Below, one piece after another: positions 12,587 through 25,865 of a stretch of 64,000 bases of DNA (positions are counted from its first letter, which is position 1; every line of letters begins with the position of its first letter). Made by a program: the position numbers and the translations under genes. The DNA is from Octopus sinensis (Eukaryota): assembly GCF_006345805.1 (NCBI RefSeq), contig NW_021825323.1, positions 620,001 through 684,000 on the forward strand. Direction: 5' to 3'. Under the pieces are notes generated by a model. The model was not told where the DNA came from, did not search any database, and saw only the letters and a list, made by a program, of their open reading frames with translations.

Positions 12587-15098
12587 ATGTCGGACATTCT
12601 ATCCAACGAAGTTGAAAGTACATTTATAAAGCAATTTTAATATCAAGATGAGTTTATTAAACAAGAAGACACGTTTGCAGACACAACTGGAATGGCCAAT
12701 CCAAACCTTATATTAAATGTAGATGATTTACAAGATATTCAACGTTCTAAATAATTTTAATATATAACCAGCCATTGATATTAAATGTCCTGTCTGGATG
12801 GCTGACGCTGCTACTGATAAGTGTCTTTTATGCGGTAAATTATTCAATTTTATTCGTCGACGACACCACTGTCGATGTTGCGGGAAAGTAATTTGTGGTC
12901 TATATTAAAGATTTTTTGTTACGACTGCTGCAACAGCCGAACCCAATTAAGACATCTCAATAACGAAAATGCCCGTGTTTGTTCTATTTGCTATAACACA
13001 CTAACATGTCAATACTTTTAAAATTAATATTTAGTAAGGGGAGGAATAGCAGCCATTTCCACTTCTCCTCAACTAGCAAGGCTTCCCCCTTGTGGAGGAG
13101 TACTCAGTCAGTTATTTCTAATTGAATGACAGAACGAAATATGACCAAATCAACTATCAGAAAAGTTTCGTTCTCCCCAAATTTGGAATCTTACAAATCA
13201 AATTGTTCACAAAAATCGGATAATTCGTTTGATGATTGCCTCTTTACTATTATCGATGGTTTTTTGTGATTGTAAATGTTCAGATGATAACCGGCAATAC
13301 AAAAGTAAGATTATGGATGTTATTGAAGGTTTGAGAACTTTTCATCTTTTAAAATATTTTTTATAATCTTATAATTTAGGTTTAAGAAAGAATATTGTTG
13401 ATTTTTACAGAATTCTTGTTTTAAAAAATGTTATGATTAGATTTTCACTTTACTCGCCCAAAAAATGTCGTATTTTTATTTATTTTGGATTAGTGTCTAA
13501 AGAAGAAGATTGCGATGATTTTTTTGCGTTTTTAACACAAGGATTGGTGATATATTCTCATCCTGAAGTCGCCATGATAGTGACAAGTGAAGATAGAATG
13601 GAAAATTCTGATTTAATAACATGGATTATTCGCATTATTCAGCAAATCTGCTTATCTATAGAGTCTGGTTTGGTTTTCTCATGAATTATGTAGGCCGTTT
13701 CCTAACTCGGCATAGTGTTGTATTGTGTAATACGTTTAGTGACATCAAGCTCGACTCTGCTTTCATATTTGTCGAAAAAACTTTTCAAAATGTCGACATT
13801 GGTGAAAACCCTTACCTTTCTACTTTATTCGGTGTTTATATTGATTCGGGCGAGGTCGAGACTGCAAAAATTCTACCTCGAAGACTCCTATTAAGTTTAT
13901 GCTCAAAATACGCCGGAATCTATTCGGATTGTAATTTTTAATGTATATTTGAGGTTATCCATGTCCTTTATTTTCATTTGTTGGCCGTGGTTCAGTTTAT
14001 GATCGTTCTATGAGAGAGGATAGTCTAATTTCTTTATATATTGGTGGAATGGAATCTGTCCCTACGGTGGATGACCTTATCATTACAAGAGATCTCAACG
14101 ACGGAAATATATCACTTATTTTTTCACGTGATCAGGAAAAAGTTGAAGTTGTGAAATATTGTTTAGCAAATTAAAGACTGTATTGACTGTTGTGTAGGAT
14201 CCACCTTGTTCATGGCCGCCGGAAACTTCACTGATTCGAATAATAGTTATGCAATTTACAATTCTGATGTATTTCAGTCTACGTCCGGTTTTAAAATTGT
14301 TTTTAAATATTTTTTGAAGAAACGAGTCACTTGATATATTATACTTTTATCATCTTTTGCTCGGAGCCTGAAAGAGCAAAAAGTATCATAAGAGAAGCCG
14401 AAGATGGCTTGTTGTTGCTTGTTGATGTGGATACTTTTAAAAAAGTTAATAAGGTATAAATTGTTAATGTTTTCTACTTAGGTATTGACAAATAATGAAG
14501 AATTGGATTTTTTAGCAACGTTTGAATTAAATTCAAAACATGTGAATGTAAAATTAAATTGGAGCAAAGAAAAAAATGTTGTCACAAAGTACTGATGAGT
14601 CAATATTTTGTTTATAGACGTCTAAGCTTATTTGACGAGCGGTTATTGAATTCCACTAACAACATATATACTCGTGGTTTTATAGATTGCGATGTGATTA
14701 ACATTACTGTTGGATATTTGTTCCGTTTGGTAGAGATTCTCGATCTTACAAACTATTTTTCCAACCAGGTGAACTCGTTAAAACACATTCTTTTCATATT
14801 GAGAACATTTTTAAACCTGGCAGTGAAATTCATAAAAATACGTAAAAACGGATTCACTGTTTTAAGAATTACAATCAATGAATCAAATGTATCTGTTTTA
14901 GTTAAAATATAGATATCTTATCAAATTGTAGGAAATCAAAGTGGTTCGTTAAATTCCCAGCCAATTGTTCACGATGTGTTACTACAGTCGATTGTGAGTA
15001 AATTTCCCCGTGTCGATGCACCTCAGGATTTCGATTCTAGTTACAATCAAAGATATAATATTGACATCGAAGCAATATTCTGCATGATTCATTCATAG
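12587..15098 (+). CDS. SARA/endofin family FYVE protein (ZFYVE9/ZFYVE16-like), multi-exon
   Basis: FYVE domain PVWMADAATDKCLLCGKLFNFIRRRHHCRCCGK|IFCYDCC...RVCSICY; PP1-type RKVSF motif; C-terminal domain block LFGVYIDSGEVETAKILPRRLLLSL...YPCPLFS. Confidence 0.85.
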
Positions 15099-15740
15099 TT
15101 ATCTCGTTGATATAATGACATTTTTAATATAAAAATTATTTATAAAAAGTGAACAAATTTATATATCATACCTTTGGACAGATTTGAACAGCAAAGCTGT
15201 AAACTATAATAATGTGAACTTATTACATGAAAGATTGTTTACAAAAATGTGTTTTGAATTCTCTGCTATATACGTTTTTAAAACATCTCCACAAATTTTC
15301 ATCTTTAAAATTTTAATGAGATATCTCGCAAAAATATTTCTAGTCATTTCTATAAGCAAGCCTAACTTTGTGTATTTTGCTTACTCTAATATTTCTGCAA
15401 TCATTCTTGTAAAAATTCTTTAATTTGTTTTTCTAAAACTTATTTTCTGTTCTAAAATAATTCGAATAGTTTTCATACACAGATTAATATTGTGCATCCC
15501 GTAAGAGTAGGCTTACCACTTTATAATTCTATAAATCCGCGACATTTATCGATTTCAATAATCAAAATCCAAGACTTTCCGGGAAAAAAAATTTCACGGA
15601 AAAACAAGAAAATATCTTAAGTTAAAATTAATTAGGAAATTCGATTATATTTTTGAACTGAATGAACTTTATCTAGAAATTTTTTATTATTTTTGATTTT
15701 TCAAAAAATCAGTGCACGGCATGTCAATGTTCAATTAACA

Positions 15741-17342
15741 AGTCACGCGCCATAAATGAAACGCGTGCCTAAAGTGAAACGCGTGACCTTGAATTTAACC
15801 TTCATTAAGCTCTTGACAATTATCAAGTCAATATTACAGATGATTGCGCACTTGAGATAATATTATCGAAATGAGATTTGCCAACATTGTAAAGGATGAT
15901 CAGGAGTATAAGAATATTCTTGATTTTTTAATAAATAATACAATACCAGAAGATTTTTCAAGACTAAAAAGATTTCGTTTTCTCAAAAAATGTAGAAATT
16001 TCGTAAATTCTGGAGGTACTATTAAATCTAATGATAGGTGTGCTATATTATAACAATCTGATGGAAACAAAATATTGGTAATTGCCTCAAATGATTTCGA
16101 ATCCATGAAACTGCATTGTGAAAGGATTCATTCAATTTATCACTATGGATTTAATAAAATGGAAGAGTATGCAAAAATAATTTTTGCATAATCAATCGAA
16201 ACATAATTAGGGATGTAATATCATCATGCCACAAATGTCAGTCAGCGAAGTCAGCCCTTAAAGACAAAATATCCACTAGTCAACATAGTAGCCAAAGAAC
16301 CTCGAGAACGGTTCATTCAATAGCTTATTTTTAGCTATCAAGTTGATTTAGTCGATCTTTCGTTTTATTCAGATATAAATGATTCCTATAAATATCTTAT
16401 GAATGTCATAGATATTTATTCAAAATTTTGCTTTGCTAAAAAAATAGAAAATAAAGAAGCAGTTACAGTTTCGGAATCATTGAAAACTATATTTCTTTCC
16501 TATGGTCCACCAAAAATTCTGCAGTCTGACAACGGAACAAAATTTGTTAATTCAGAAATAACGTCATCATGTGAAGAATTTAAAATAATTCATAAAAGGG
16601 GACGTCCAAGACATCCAGAATCACAGGGACAAGTGGAGCGTTGCAATCAAACCATTTGCAGATGGATTCAAAAAGAACTCACAGACAAACAGAAAAAATG
16701 GGTGGATGTGTTAGAAAAAATTGTATATTAGTACAATATTTCAATTCATTCTTCTATAAATATGTCACCATTTATGGCTTTTTTCCGAACAAGAGGATAT
16801 AACATTTCTTATTATAATGATGATGAATTAATTGAAGAACATGAAAATCAAACTATCATAAATGACAAATATCTTGAAAGAATGGAACGAAATTTTTCAA
16901 AAACATTGAAAGAAATTGCAATTGGAAATAATGTTTTGCTGAAAAAAGATTTTGATACAAATCAAAGGACGAAAAAGCGAAAATTAGAATCTTTTTATCA
17001 TCAACAAATCTTTACTGTTGAAGATTTAATTTCAAATAATAGAGTTAAAATAAAAGATCAAGATGGAAATGAAAAAATAGTATTTAAATCACAAGTTAAA
17101 AAAATTTAGACAGGTAAATTTTCAGGTTAAAATATTTTTAATTTTTTGGTAATTTTAAAATGGCTAACCATTATTTAAATAAATTGTGAATCTTTCAAAC
17201 GATAATAATAAAAAATTGATTTCTCGGTTTTATTCCTGTTTTCATCAAAGGATTGTTAATTTTATTTTCGAGGTTTTTTGTGGTTTTCTCAAGGTTCACA
17301 GCGTTTCGCTTTAGGCACGCGTTTCATCCATTGCGCGCGACA
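15741..17342 (+). mobile_element. Ginger-like DNA transposon (KRBA2/SCAND3-type DDE integrase), inactivated
   Basis: About 50-bp imperfect TIRs sharing ATGAAACGCGTGCCTAAAG(T/C)GAAACGC. HHCC finger; ER|YQVDLVDL, VIDIYSKF, LQSDNGTKF, RGRPRHPESQGQVERCNQT. A frameshift and premature stops are present. TSD not resolved. Confidence 0.85.
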
Positions 17343-17344
17343 AT

Positions 17345-20300
17345 TATTAAGGGGGCGCTAGAATTTAATTATTCGAAATATTTTTGTTAATTTTTGTAAA
17401 TCATTATTGTATGTTTTTCTATTAATTTTAAATTCAAATTGTCTTGTGTGTAATTAAACAAAAAATTTACTGATAATAAATATTTATTAATTTTATTTAA
17501 TATTTTATAAACCATACAAATTCACTTCCTATATGTCTCATGTATCAAAAGGTCTTTACAAATGAAAGAATGAAGCTCTCAAGAATGCTAAATCATCTTA
17601 AGATTTGTCAGCCTGAGAAACTTGACGCAGATATTAATTATTTTTCCAATTTGAAATATAATTATGAAAATCGTCTTATGATTAATCAAATATTTACAAA
17701 AAATTCGAAGATACTTGGAAAAGGCCTATTAGCATCACACAAAATATCACAATTGATGGTGAAATCAGGAAAACCTCGTACTATTGGAGAGTTTTTAATA
17801 TCACCAGCTGTCAAAGAAGTGCTAAGTTTAATGGTTGATTGTGATTCTGAACAGATAATATGATTTTGAAGCTAAATTCATTTTTAACAAACATGGATAT
17901 CAACAATTCTAGATTACATAAAAAAATATCTTCAATTGTGGAATGAAGTTGAAACGCTTATAATAGAATTTCCTTCAACATATCTAGTTAAGAGGATTTA
18001 GTGAAGTCTCCAATATTTTGAACAAAATTATTATTTAACCCTGGGAACACAGGAAAGAGGAGTAGTAATCGTCTAATTGAGTGATCCCGGTGTCAGTGCG
18101 TCTCCTTTTATCTCTTCCTTGTCTCGAATTCTTAATAAACGTCCAAAGGGGGATGGTTTTTTCGAATTTCCTAGCACACTTCTCATAGGCAAGATATTCC
18201 TCTTCAAGGGGACTTCGGGTAGATCTGGCCATCGTTAAGAAGATGTGCTGTCTTTCTGTAAGATGGTCCATTAATTTTTTGACGTTGAGTGTATTTCTCA
18301 ATTCCAAAGTCAGCGTCATTTTGTCACGTTTCAGTAACATCCGTAAGCACTGATTCTATACGACTTCCAGTTTATTTTGTGCGGATATTGACAATGGCGT
18401 GATCCACAACGCACATGCGTGTTTAATTGTAGTTTGTATAATAATTCAAAATGAGGAATAGAAGATACTGGAGATCTAGCAAAAGCTTTGAGATTCGTGA
18501 AACCACTGACTCCACTTGATTTTTGAACGTCATTAATGGGTCGAATGTAACTCCAAGGATTGAAGGGTTCCTTTTAACTGGGATTAGTTGTCCATCCCAA
18601 GTTATTTTTGGGTCCAGTGCTGTATGTTTCCTGTATGAAGAGATAATCGTAGTGCTTGATTTCCCAGGTGATATCTTCATTCGGTTTTTGAGAAACCATG
18701 GGTTCATAAGGTTAATGGTCTCCTGAACTTTCCGTGTGGCTTCTTTGTAATCTTGATGTTTTGCTGCGATAATTAGATCGTCAGCGTATGATAAAAGGAT
18801 TGTATCTTCGTCGTTTGGATTTGAGAGGTTTTTTGTAAATAAATTGAACAGGATTGGTGATAAGGGGGATCCTTTTGGGACCCCGTTTGGGAGGTATCGT
18901 TGTTTTGATTTTCGGTTATTCATTATAACCTGTCCACTTCTGCCATTAAGGAAATTCGCCAGCCATATCTTCGGATGGATACCGATGGAGAAATTTTGGA
19001 TGTTGAAGTTTTCCTCGGTACTGAATCGAATGCTTTTTCGATATCCAGAGCGACTATTCCTCTTCAAGGGGACTTCGGGTAGATCTGGCCATCGTTAAGA
19101 AGATGTGCTGTCTTTCTGTAAGATGGTCCATTAATTTTTTGACGTTGAGTGTATTTCTCAATTCCAAAGTCAGCGTCATTTTGTCACGTTCAGTAAAATC
19201 CGTAAGCACTGATTCTATACGACTTCCAGTTTATTTTGTGCGGATATTGACAATGGCGTGATCCACAACGCACATGCGTGTTTAATTGTAGTTTGTATAA
19301 TAATTCAAAATGAGGAATAGAAGATACTGGAGATCTAGCAAAAGCTTTGAGATTCGTGAAACCACTGACTCCACTTGATTTTTGAACGTTATTAATGGGT
19401 CGAATGTAACTCCAAGGATTGAAGGGTTCCTTTTAACTGGGAATAGTTGTCCATCCCAAGTTATTTTTGGGTCCAGTGGTGTATGTTTCCTGTATGAAGA
19501 GATAATCGTAGTGCTTGATTTCCCAGGTGATATCTTCATTCGGTTTTTGAAAAACCATGGGTTCATAAGGTTAATGGTCTCCTGAACTTTCCGCGTGGCT
19601 TCTTTATAATCTTGATGTTTTGCTGCGATAATTAGATCGTCAGCGTATGATAAAAGGATTGTATCTTCGTCGTTTGGATTTGGGAGGTCTCTTGTAAATA
19701 AATTGAACAGGATTTGTGATAAGGCGGATCCTTGTGGGACCCCGTTTGGGAGGTATCGTTGTTTTGATTTTCGGTTATTCATTATAACCTGTCCACTTCT
19801 GCCATTAAGGAAATTCGCCAGCCATATCTTCGGATGGATACCGATGGAGAAAATTTTTGATGTTGAAGTTTTCCTCGGTACTGAATCGAATGCTTTTTCG
19901 ATATCCAGAGCGACTATTCCTCTTCAAGGGGACTTCGGGTAGATCTGGCCATCGTTAAGAAGATGTGCTGTCTTTCTGTAAGATGGTCCATTAATTTTTT
20001 GACGTTGAGTGTATTTCTCAATTCCAAAGTCAGCGTCATTTTGTCACGTTTCAGTAAAATCCGTAAGCACTGATTCTATACGACTTCCAGTTTATTTTGT
20101 GCGGATATTGACAATGGCGTGATCCACAACGCACATGCGTGTTTAATTGTAGTTTGTATAATAATTCAAAATGAGGAATAGAAGATACTGGAGATCTAGC
20201 AAAAGCTTTGAGATTCGTGAAACCACTGACTCCACTTGATTTTTGAACGTTATTAATGGGTCGAATGTAACTCCAAGGATTGAAGGGTTCCTTTTAACTG

Positions 20301-21187
20301 GAAATAGTTGTCCATCCCAAGTTATTTTTGGGTCCAGTGGTGTATGTTTCCTGTATGAAGAGACAATCGTAGTGCTTGATTTCCCAGGTGATATCTTCAT
20401 TCGGTTTTTGAAAAACCATGGGTTCATAAGGTTAATGGTCTCCTGAACTTTCCGCGTGGCTTCTTATAATCTTGATGTTTTGCTGCGATAATTAGATCGT
20501 CAGCGTATGATAAAAGGATTGTATCTTCGTCGTTTGGATTTGGGAGGTCTCTTGTAAATAAATTGAACAGGATTTGTGATAAGGCGGATCCTTGTGGGAC
20601 CCCGTTTGGGAGGTATCGTTGTTTTGATTTTCGGTTATTCATTATAACCTGTCCACTTCTGCCATTAAGGAAATTCGCCAGCCATATCTTCGGATAAATA
20701 CCGATGGAGAAAATTTTTGATGTTGAAGTTTTCCTCGGTACTGAATCGAATGCTTTTTCGATATCCAGAGCGACTAACACCGTTCTTTGATGTGGTTTTG
20801 AGTAGTTTCAGTTCATCTGAGATGAACTGAGTCAACTTCGTAAGATATGTAGAAGTTGAACGGTCTCTTCTGAATCCATGTGAGAATTAGCTTTTCCAGT
20901 GTTCTTGAGAGTCCACAAAGAATTGATACAGGACGATGAATCCGTGAATTTTGAACAAAAAAAGAAATAAATTACAAATTGTGAATAGAGGAGATTTGAA
21001 CTGATATAAAGAAACTAACAAATTTTCATCAGGTACAAGGCAGTCATTAAAATTTTTAAATAAAAAGTTTTGTTTAGGAATTTTTTTTTAATTCTAAAAA
21101 ATAATAGATAATAAGGGGGCGCTGAAATTTTAACCTTCAAAATTATTCAAAAGGGGCGCTGACTTAAAAAAGGTTAAGAACCAATGA
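17345..21187 (+). mobile_element. Second Buster-type hAT remnant, internally deleted and interrupted by a LINE; left TIR not found
   Basis: SHKISQLMVKSGKPRTIGEFLISPAVKEVL (17540-17863). The C-terminus FPSTYLV..RGFSEVSNILNK|KRNKLQIVNRGDL rejoins across the LINE. Right end GGTTAAGAACCAATG is followed by the nnnTAnnn octamer ATTTAAAG. Confidence 0.75.
18028..20947 (-). mobile_element. 5'-truncated LINE RT fragment with an internal segment of about 860 bp present in three tandem copies
   Basis: 13-bp TSD ATTTTGAACAAAA at 18015-18027 and 20948-20960; (TAA)n tail. RT motifs ALDIEKAFD, GVPQGS and YADD are repeated three times; ORF offsets are 859 and 861 bp. Confidence 0.92.
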
Positions 21188-21660
21188 TTTAAAGGTTTCT
21201 TCTTTAATTCGATCTCTTTCTTTACCAAGTGGAATCATAATTGAAAATAATCTTTCTACAGGAGCAGTAGTGCCAGATAAGTAAAAAACATATTTGATAA
21301 TTTTAATAAAATTTGGAATTTGAATACTCTTTTTATTAAAATATTTACAAACATGCATTCAATTTGATTCGCAATTATCCTGATTAGTTTTCCATTCTCT
21401 ATTTGTTGTTGACCAGAACGATTTAACAGTAACAAATTCGTCAAATAAATTGTCGATATTTATATCTGGCGTAGAATTTCATGAGTTTACTCAATTCAGG
21501 TTAACTTTTCTGTTCTGAGTCTGTGAAATAGTTGGCGGGTCTGAACTTTTTGAGAGTGTTCCACATGCTTTGGGCAGATTTTTCCTTTCCAAGCGTTTTG
21601 ATTTGTTTTTCCCATCTTCTTCTTTGGGATGCTTTCAGTTTCTTAGTGATTGTATCATTT
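21188..21660 (-). pseudogene. hAT transposase C-terminal fragment (21188-21500) abutting a short LINE ORF2 linker fragment (21530-21660)
   Basis: NLFDEFVTVK...KYVFYLSGTTAPVERLFSIM (hAT dimerisation motif); RRRWEKQIKTLGKEKSAQSMWNTLKKF (LINE linker). Confidence 0.65.
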
Positions 21661-22792
21661 ATAAATAAAGAAAATGATTTACGCTTAATTTATTACTATC
21701 AAACTTATTTTTAGTTATTAATCTTAGCGACCTTTAAAACTACTTGTTAGCTATCTTTCGATTCCTAATTAAAAATAACAAAATTATTTTCGAAAGAACA
21801 GATGACATAACAATTTCTTATGTTATTAGATCGCTTGTCCACTGAACAAATGGTAAAGTTATACTCATATCCATTTAATTATATATGTCTTATTCTTTTA
21901 TTTCAAGAGTCCTTATTCAATCTTGTTTCTATAAATAACAATCTTGTTTTTAAAGGTTTTCTTTATAGTAAGTGATTGTATGATGCGTGTCCCTTCTCAT
22001 TAATAACCAAACTTTATTATTTTTTAATAATGGAGTCATTTTTCCATAATATGATGATGACTAACCTTTGTATAATATACATTCTAGTAATTAAGCATAG
22101 TGAACAATCCTGGAGAGAGCATATAGCAATCGAATGTTTGAAGAAGAATTCTTATTAGGATGACTGAGTCCTTATCTAAGAATTCTATCAGGGCTTCAAT
22201 AAGTTTTTCTACACAAACAGTGTCGAGAGCTCTGATGGGATTAATTCTTTTTAAATTTCAGAATTTTTGCTATGATATCAAAACGCGAATGATCAGAAAC
22301 CAATAACGTTTATATGCTACAACGGTAGTTCTACGTTTATATGCTAATGAAAACGATTTTAATCGATAGCTTCCTTTTTCTTTAAAGAATTAAAATTATT
22401 TAAAATCAATTCAGCAAATAATTACCTAAGTCAGTTTTTAAATAACTTTAAAATGTCAATGCAACTCCTCATCACAAAATCTAACAAAAACTTCCACTAA
22501 GAATTAAGAGATTTTTAAATTTACATTAAGGTCCTGGTAGTGTCCTCAGTTAAAAAGTATTTATTTGATTATCAAATCTTGTTGACCTATCATCAGACAG
22601 TCATCCCTGTCAATCATTCATTTCTATATTCAGTCAGCATATTTTGCGGAATTTTCTTTCTTACAGTGTTTTGATGTTTAAAATATAACAAAATGAAATT
22701 GAAGATGTTTATTTTTTAAATTAATTCAAATTGTATAAAAATAAAATTGCAATGGATATTAGTACACCAATAATTTCTAGAAAATAAAATTA

Positions 22793-23213
22793 TTATTTTT
22801 CACCTTTTTTAGGAAAAGATTTTTCAACATAGCTGACGCACTCTAATTTGACCATTGGTTTGAGTTTTCCCCAAATAATTGCATTTTCTACGAAACCATA
22901 CACGGCTGCTGTTTCTATATGGTCATTTGTCGTTCTTATAATATAATTCCCAGTTCCCAGAGCCCCAACTGAATCAGTATTATTTCCAATAAAAATAAGT
23001 TTGTGGTTTGTTTCATATACTGACCAGCCTGTTTCTTCTCTTTTATAATTTAACAAAAAGCGTTGTTTATTTTCTAATGAAGTGGCAATGTATTTTTGGC
23101 AAAGTAGATCCTTAAATTCCCCAGAAATCATACTAAAATCAAATGGATAACCTGTTTATATTATTAATAAAAATACAAATTGATAATTTGAGAAATAGAA
23201 AAAAAATAATCAT
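22793..23213 (-). CDS. Orphan secreted protein of about 133 aa, requiring a 19-nt intron
   Basis: The hydrophobic leader MIIFFLFLKLSICIF joins the 112-aa ORF in frame only if GTTATCCATTTGATTTTAG (23133-23151) is removed. No family recognised. Confidence 0.5.
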
Positions 23214-24085
23214 TATATGATTATTATAGTAAAATTTGTTTTCCGATAACAGACTATTTATTATGCTGATTCCGAATTTTGTTTCTCAATTAGGAAATAA
23301 AATAGCAAAAATTAACTGAAATTCAACGAGGAGGAAATTATTAACTTAGGAAACAAATAGCACAAATTAACTGAATTCAACGAGGAAGAAAGTTAGTTAG
23401 TTGATCCCATGTTTCACTATTTTGTAAAAAATCAGCAGCAAATAAAAAAGCGATCGACGGGGGCCAACCGCGCTTACAGGTCCAAAAGCCCAATGAGGGG
23501 AAATGGTCCAAGGCATTAGAAGAGGTCAACTGGATGCACGCAGTGATGTATTTTGTGGACGACGGGATGGTGGTTTGAGCGGATACTTGATGGCTGTATA
23601 CAAATTTTTTTGCTTAAAAATGATTCGGATTCATCAATAACTTTTAATTAAATACTGCTAATGTGGTTCCATCATCCATAACGAATTTACATTTGACTCA
23701 TAATGTTTAAATTCTAGTAAATTTTCTTTTATAAGCCCGCTTTAACTGTCCACATTTTTTCTCATATATCGTTTAAGTCAAAAGAACTCTACAGCTGACA
23801 GTGAAAGATTTCTTTGAGTTTCAATTCAGCTGACAGGAAATGGTAGTCAAATTAATACGTTGAAAATCCGCAACAGCATTTGTTTACAAGAAAGCCAAAG
23901 ATTGAGTTGGAGTCAGACAAACAACTCAGACATCAGCTGTTCCACAAAAACAAATTTCTATGCATGGAAGAGACTTTCATTACTAGCGGGCTGGCTACGT
24001 AGTCAGGTAAATCTTTTTTCATAGACTATAATGTTAAAATAGACTATAATTTAAAGGCGTTAATTTAAAATAAATTTTTTAAATA

Positions 24086-24391
24086 ATGGGAACTGTGTTA
24101 GGTACTAAAAGAAGATCATTAAATGAACCTGTTGGAAATGAGAGACCGCCCGCATACTCATCGAATCCTACAAATAATTATCCCTCGCAAAATCCTGTCG
24201 TGGCATCTATTAGTAAATATGCACGAACCAATTCTTTGGGGAAAGTTACAATTCCAGTAAAATTATTTTATCTTCTTTTTTTTAAGGCTCCACCTCCTGG
24301 AATCCAGCCGAACCAGGCACAAGTTGCAGCTTTTGCTGGCAGGGAAGTAATTTTAACGCGAGAAAAACACGATTTCAATCCCTTAATATAA
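24086..24391 (+). CDS. Small Pro-rich protein, DAZAP2-like C-terminus; probable 42-nt in-frame intron
   Basis: PPPGIQPNQAQVAAFAGREVILTREKHDF resembles the DAZAP2 C-terminal motif as I recall it; PPAY motif; N-terminal MG. Confidence 0.45.
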   Translation: MGTVLGTKRRSLNEPVGNERPPAYSSNPTNNYPSQNPVVASISKYARTNSLGKVTIPVKLFYLLFFKAPPPGIQPNQAQVAAFAGREVILTREKHDFNPLI

Positions 24392-24689
24392 AATTTCTAT
24401 CCACGAATATTTATTTTTAATACTAATTTTCATAATTTTCGATCTTTAAAAATACTTTACTCCGAATATTATTTGGTATGTTTGTATTAACAAAAGGACC
24501 GACTGTTTGTGAGTTCATAAGAACGTTAAATGGCACTAATTACTTGATTAACAAGTGTTACTTTGACATTTAAATGAGTCGATTTAGGCATTAAATATTT
24601 TCAATTGACCTAAATTATTTTTTTTGAAAAACAACAAGAATGAATTAAAGAACTATTTAAGAAGTCAAATATTAACTCCCGGCTAAGCG

Positions 24690-25230
24690 GATAGCTTAAA
24701 GTTGCCGCGAGATCCTTTGTATCAGCCAAAAGGATTTGCATACATCCATCTTCCTCCGAGCAATAAGGAGATCGACGTCTTTCAGGAATTTCGATGTCTG
24801 GGGACCGAAGGCTTCGGAGGTCTCGAATGTCAGATGGACAAGGAATGCTCGGTCAAATCGACTAATAAGTGCTGTGACACATTCTCCAACGGGAACCTAA
24901 CCATGTCGGCCGTCGACCCAGGCTTTGCTTCCAATCGCGGTAAAGATCTCAAAATCCAGAAGTACGGTCACCTCTTCAATTTCGTTTTCACGCCCATCGC
25001 CGTTGAGACCTCTGGGGTCTTTGACCGCAAGTCTCTGTTTCCTACGCGGTTTGGAGAGAAGAATCGCCAAAAAGAGGGACGACCCGTGAGAGTCCTTTTA
25101 ATTTCTTCAAAGCCTCTCCATTGCCGTAATTCGCGGCAACTGTTTCGAAATCCGTGAGCCTGGGAGGGCGCCCTAAATGCGTAGTCTTCAACAATCTTTC
25201 TCCTTTTCTAACTGTCTTTTCCAATTTTTT
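24690..25230 (+). mobile_element. CRE-type non-LTR element 3' fragment, frameshifted
   Basis: CCDTF...AVDPGFASNRGKDLKIQKYGHL...FVFTPIAVETSGVF, then ISSKPLH/AVIRGNCFEI in shifted frames. Confidence 0.75.
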
Positions 25231-25865
25231 GAATTTTCCTTTTAAAAAGTGCTCTAAAGATGAAGTCTTTGAGTCTCCAATGACGTGGTGAGGGCAAAGC
25301 AGGTTGGGAATTTTATTGCGACTTTTATCGAAATTTTAAGACAGCTAAGGTGGAAATACGGCTGACGAATCGGAAACTGAATCTGATCTTCCTGGGAATG
25401 GAGGAGAGGCGTTTTTTGCAAGTGGCAGTCTCTGCGAGAACATCTTCAGAACCTTATTTTCACTTTTCTTTGATATAAACGGTTTTGTTAAGTAATCCAC
25501 GTCAAGCACGTTATACTTATAAATAACCTAAATTGACCTACACTTCACATGAGATAATACTCAATTCAAACAGCACAATTATCTGGAAGAAGTTTATTCT
25601 GACGACAGTTATTTGTTTCTGAACGTAATGATCAAGTTAAAGAACAAAAAAATCTGCATGAAAACTCCCCAAATAGCTTAAGAGGGAATTCTCGGGGAAA
25701 ACAAAAGTTTTAAAACATGACGTACCACTTCATTGATTTTTTCTTTCAATTATAACGGATTTAATATTTCAGTTCTTATTTTTGGAAATAATTAAATACT
25801 GTTACAATATTTATTATTAAAATATTGAGTTATTTAATAATAGTAATATAATAGACGTTCTTTAA

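Noticed and set aside
22080-22260. RasGEF N-terminal (REM)-like peptide on the minus strand (VEKLIEALIEFLDKD...LLQTF)
   Set aside because: The resemblance is short, and I could not extend it to a catalytic domain.
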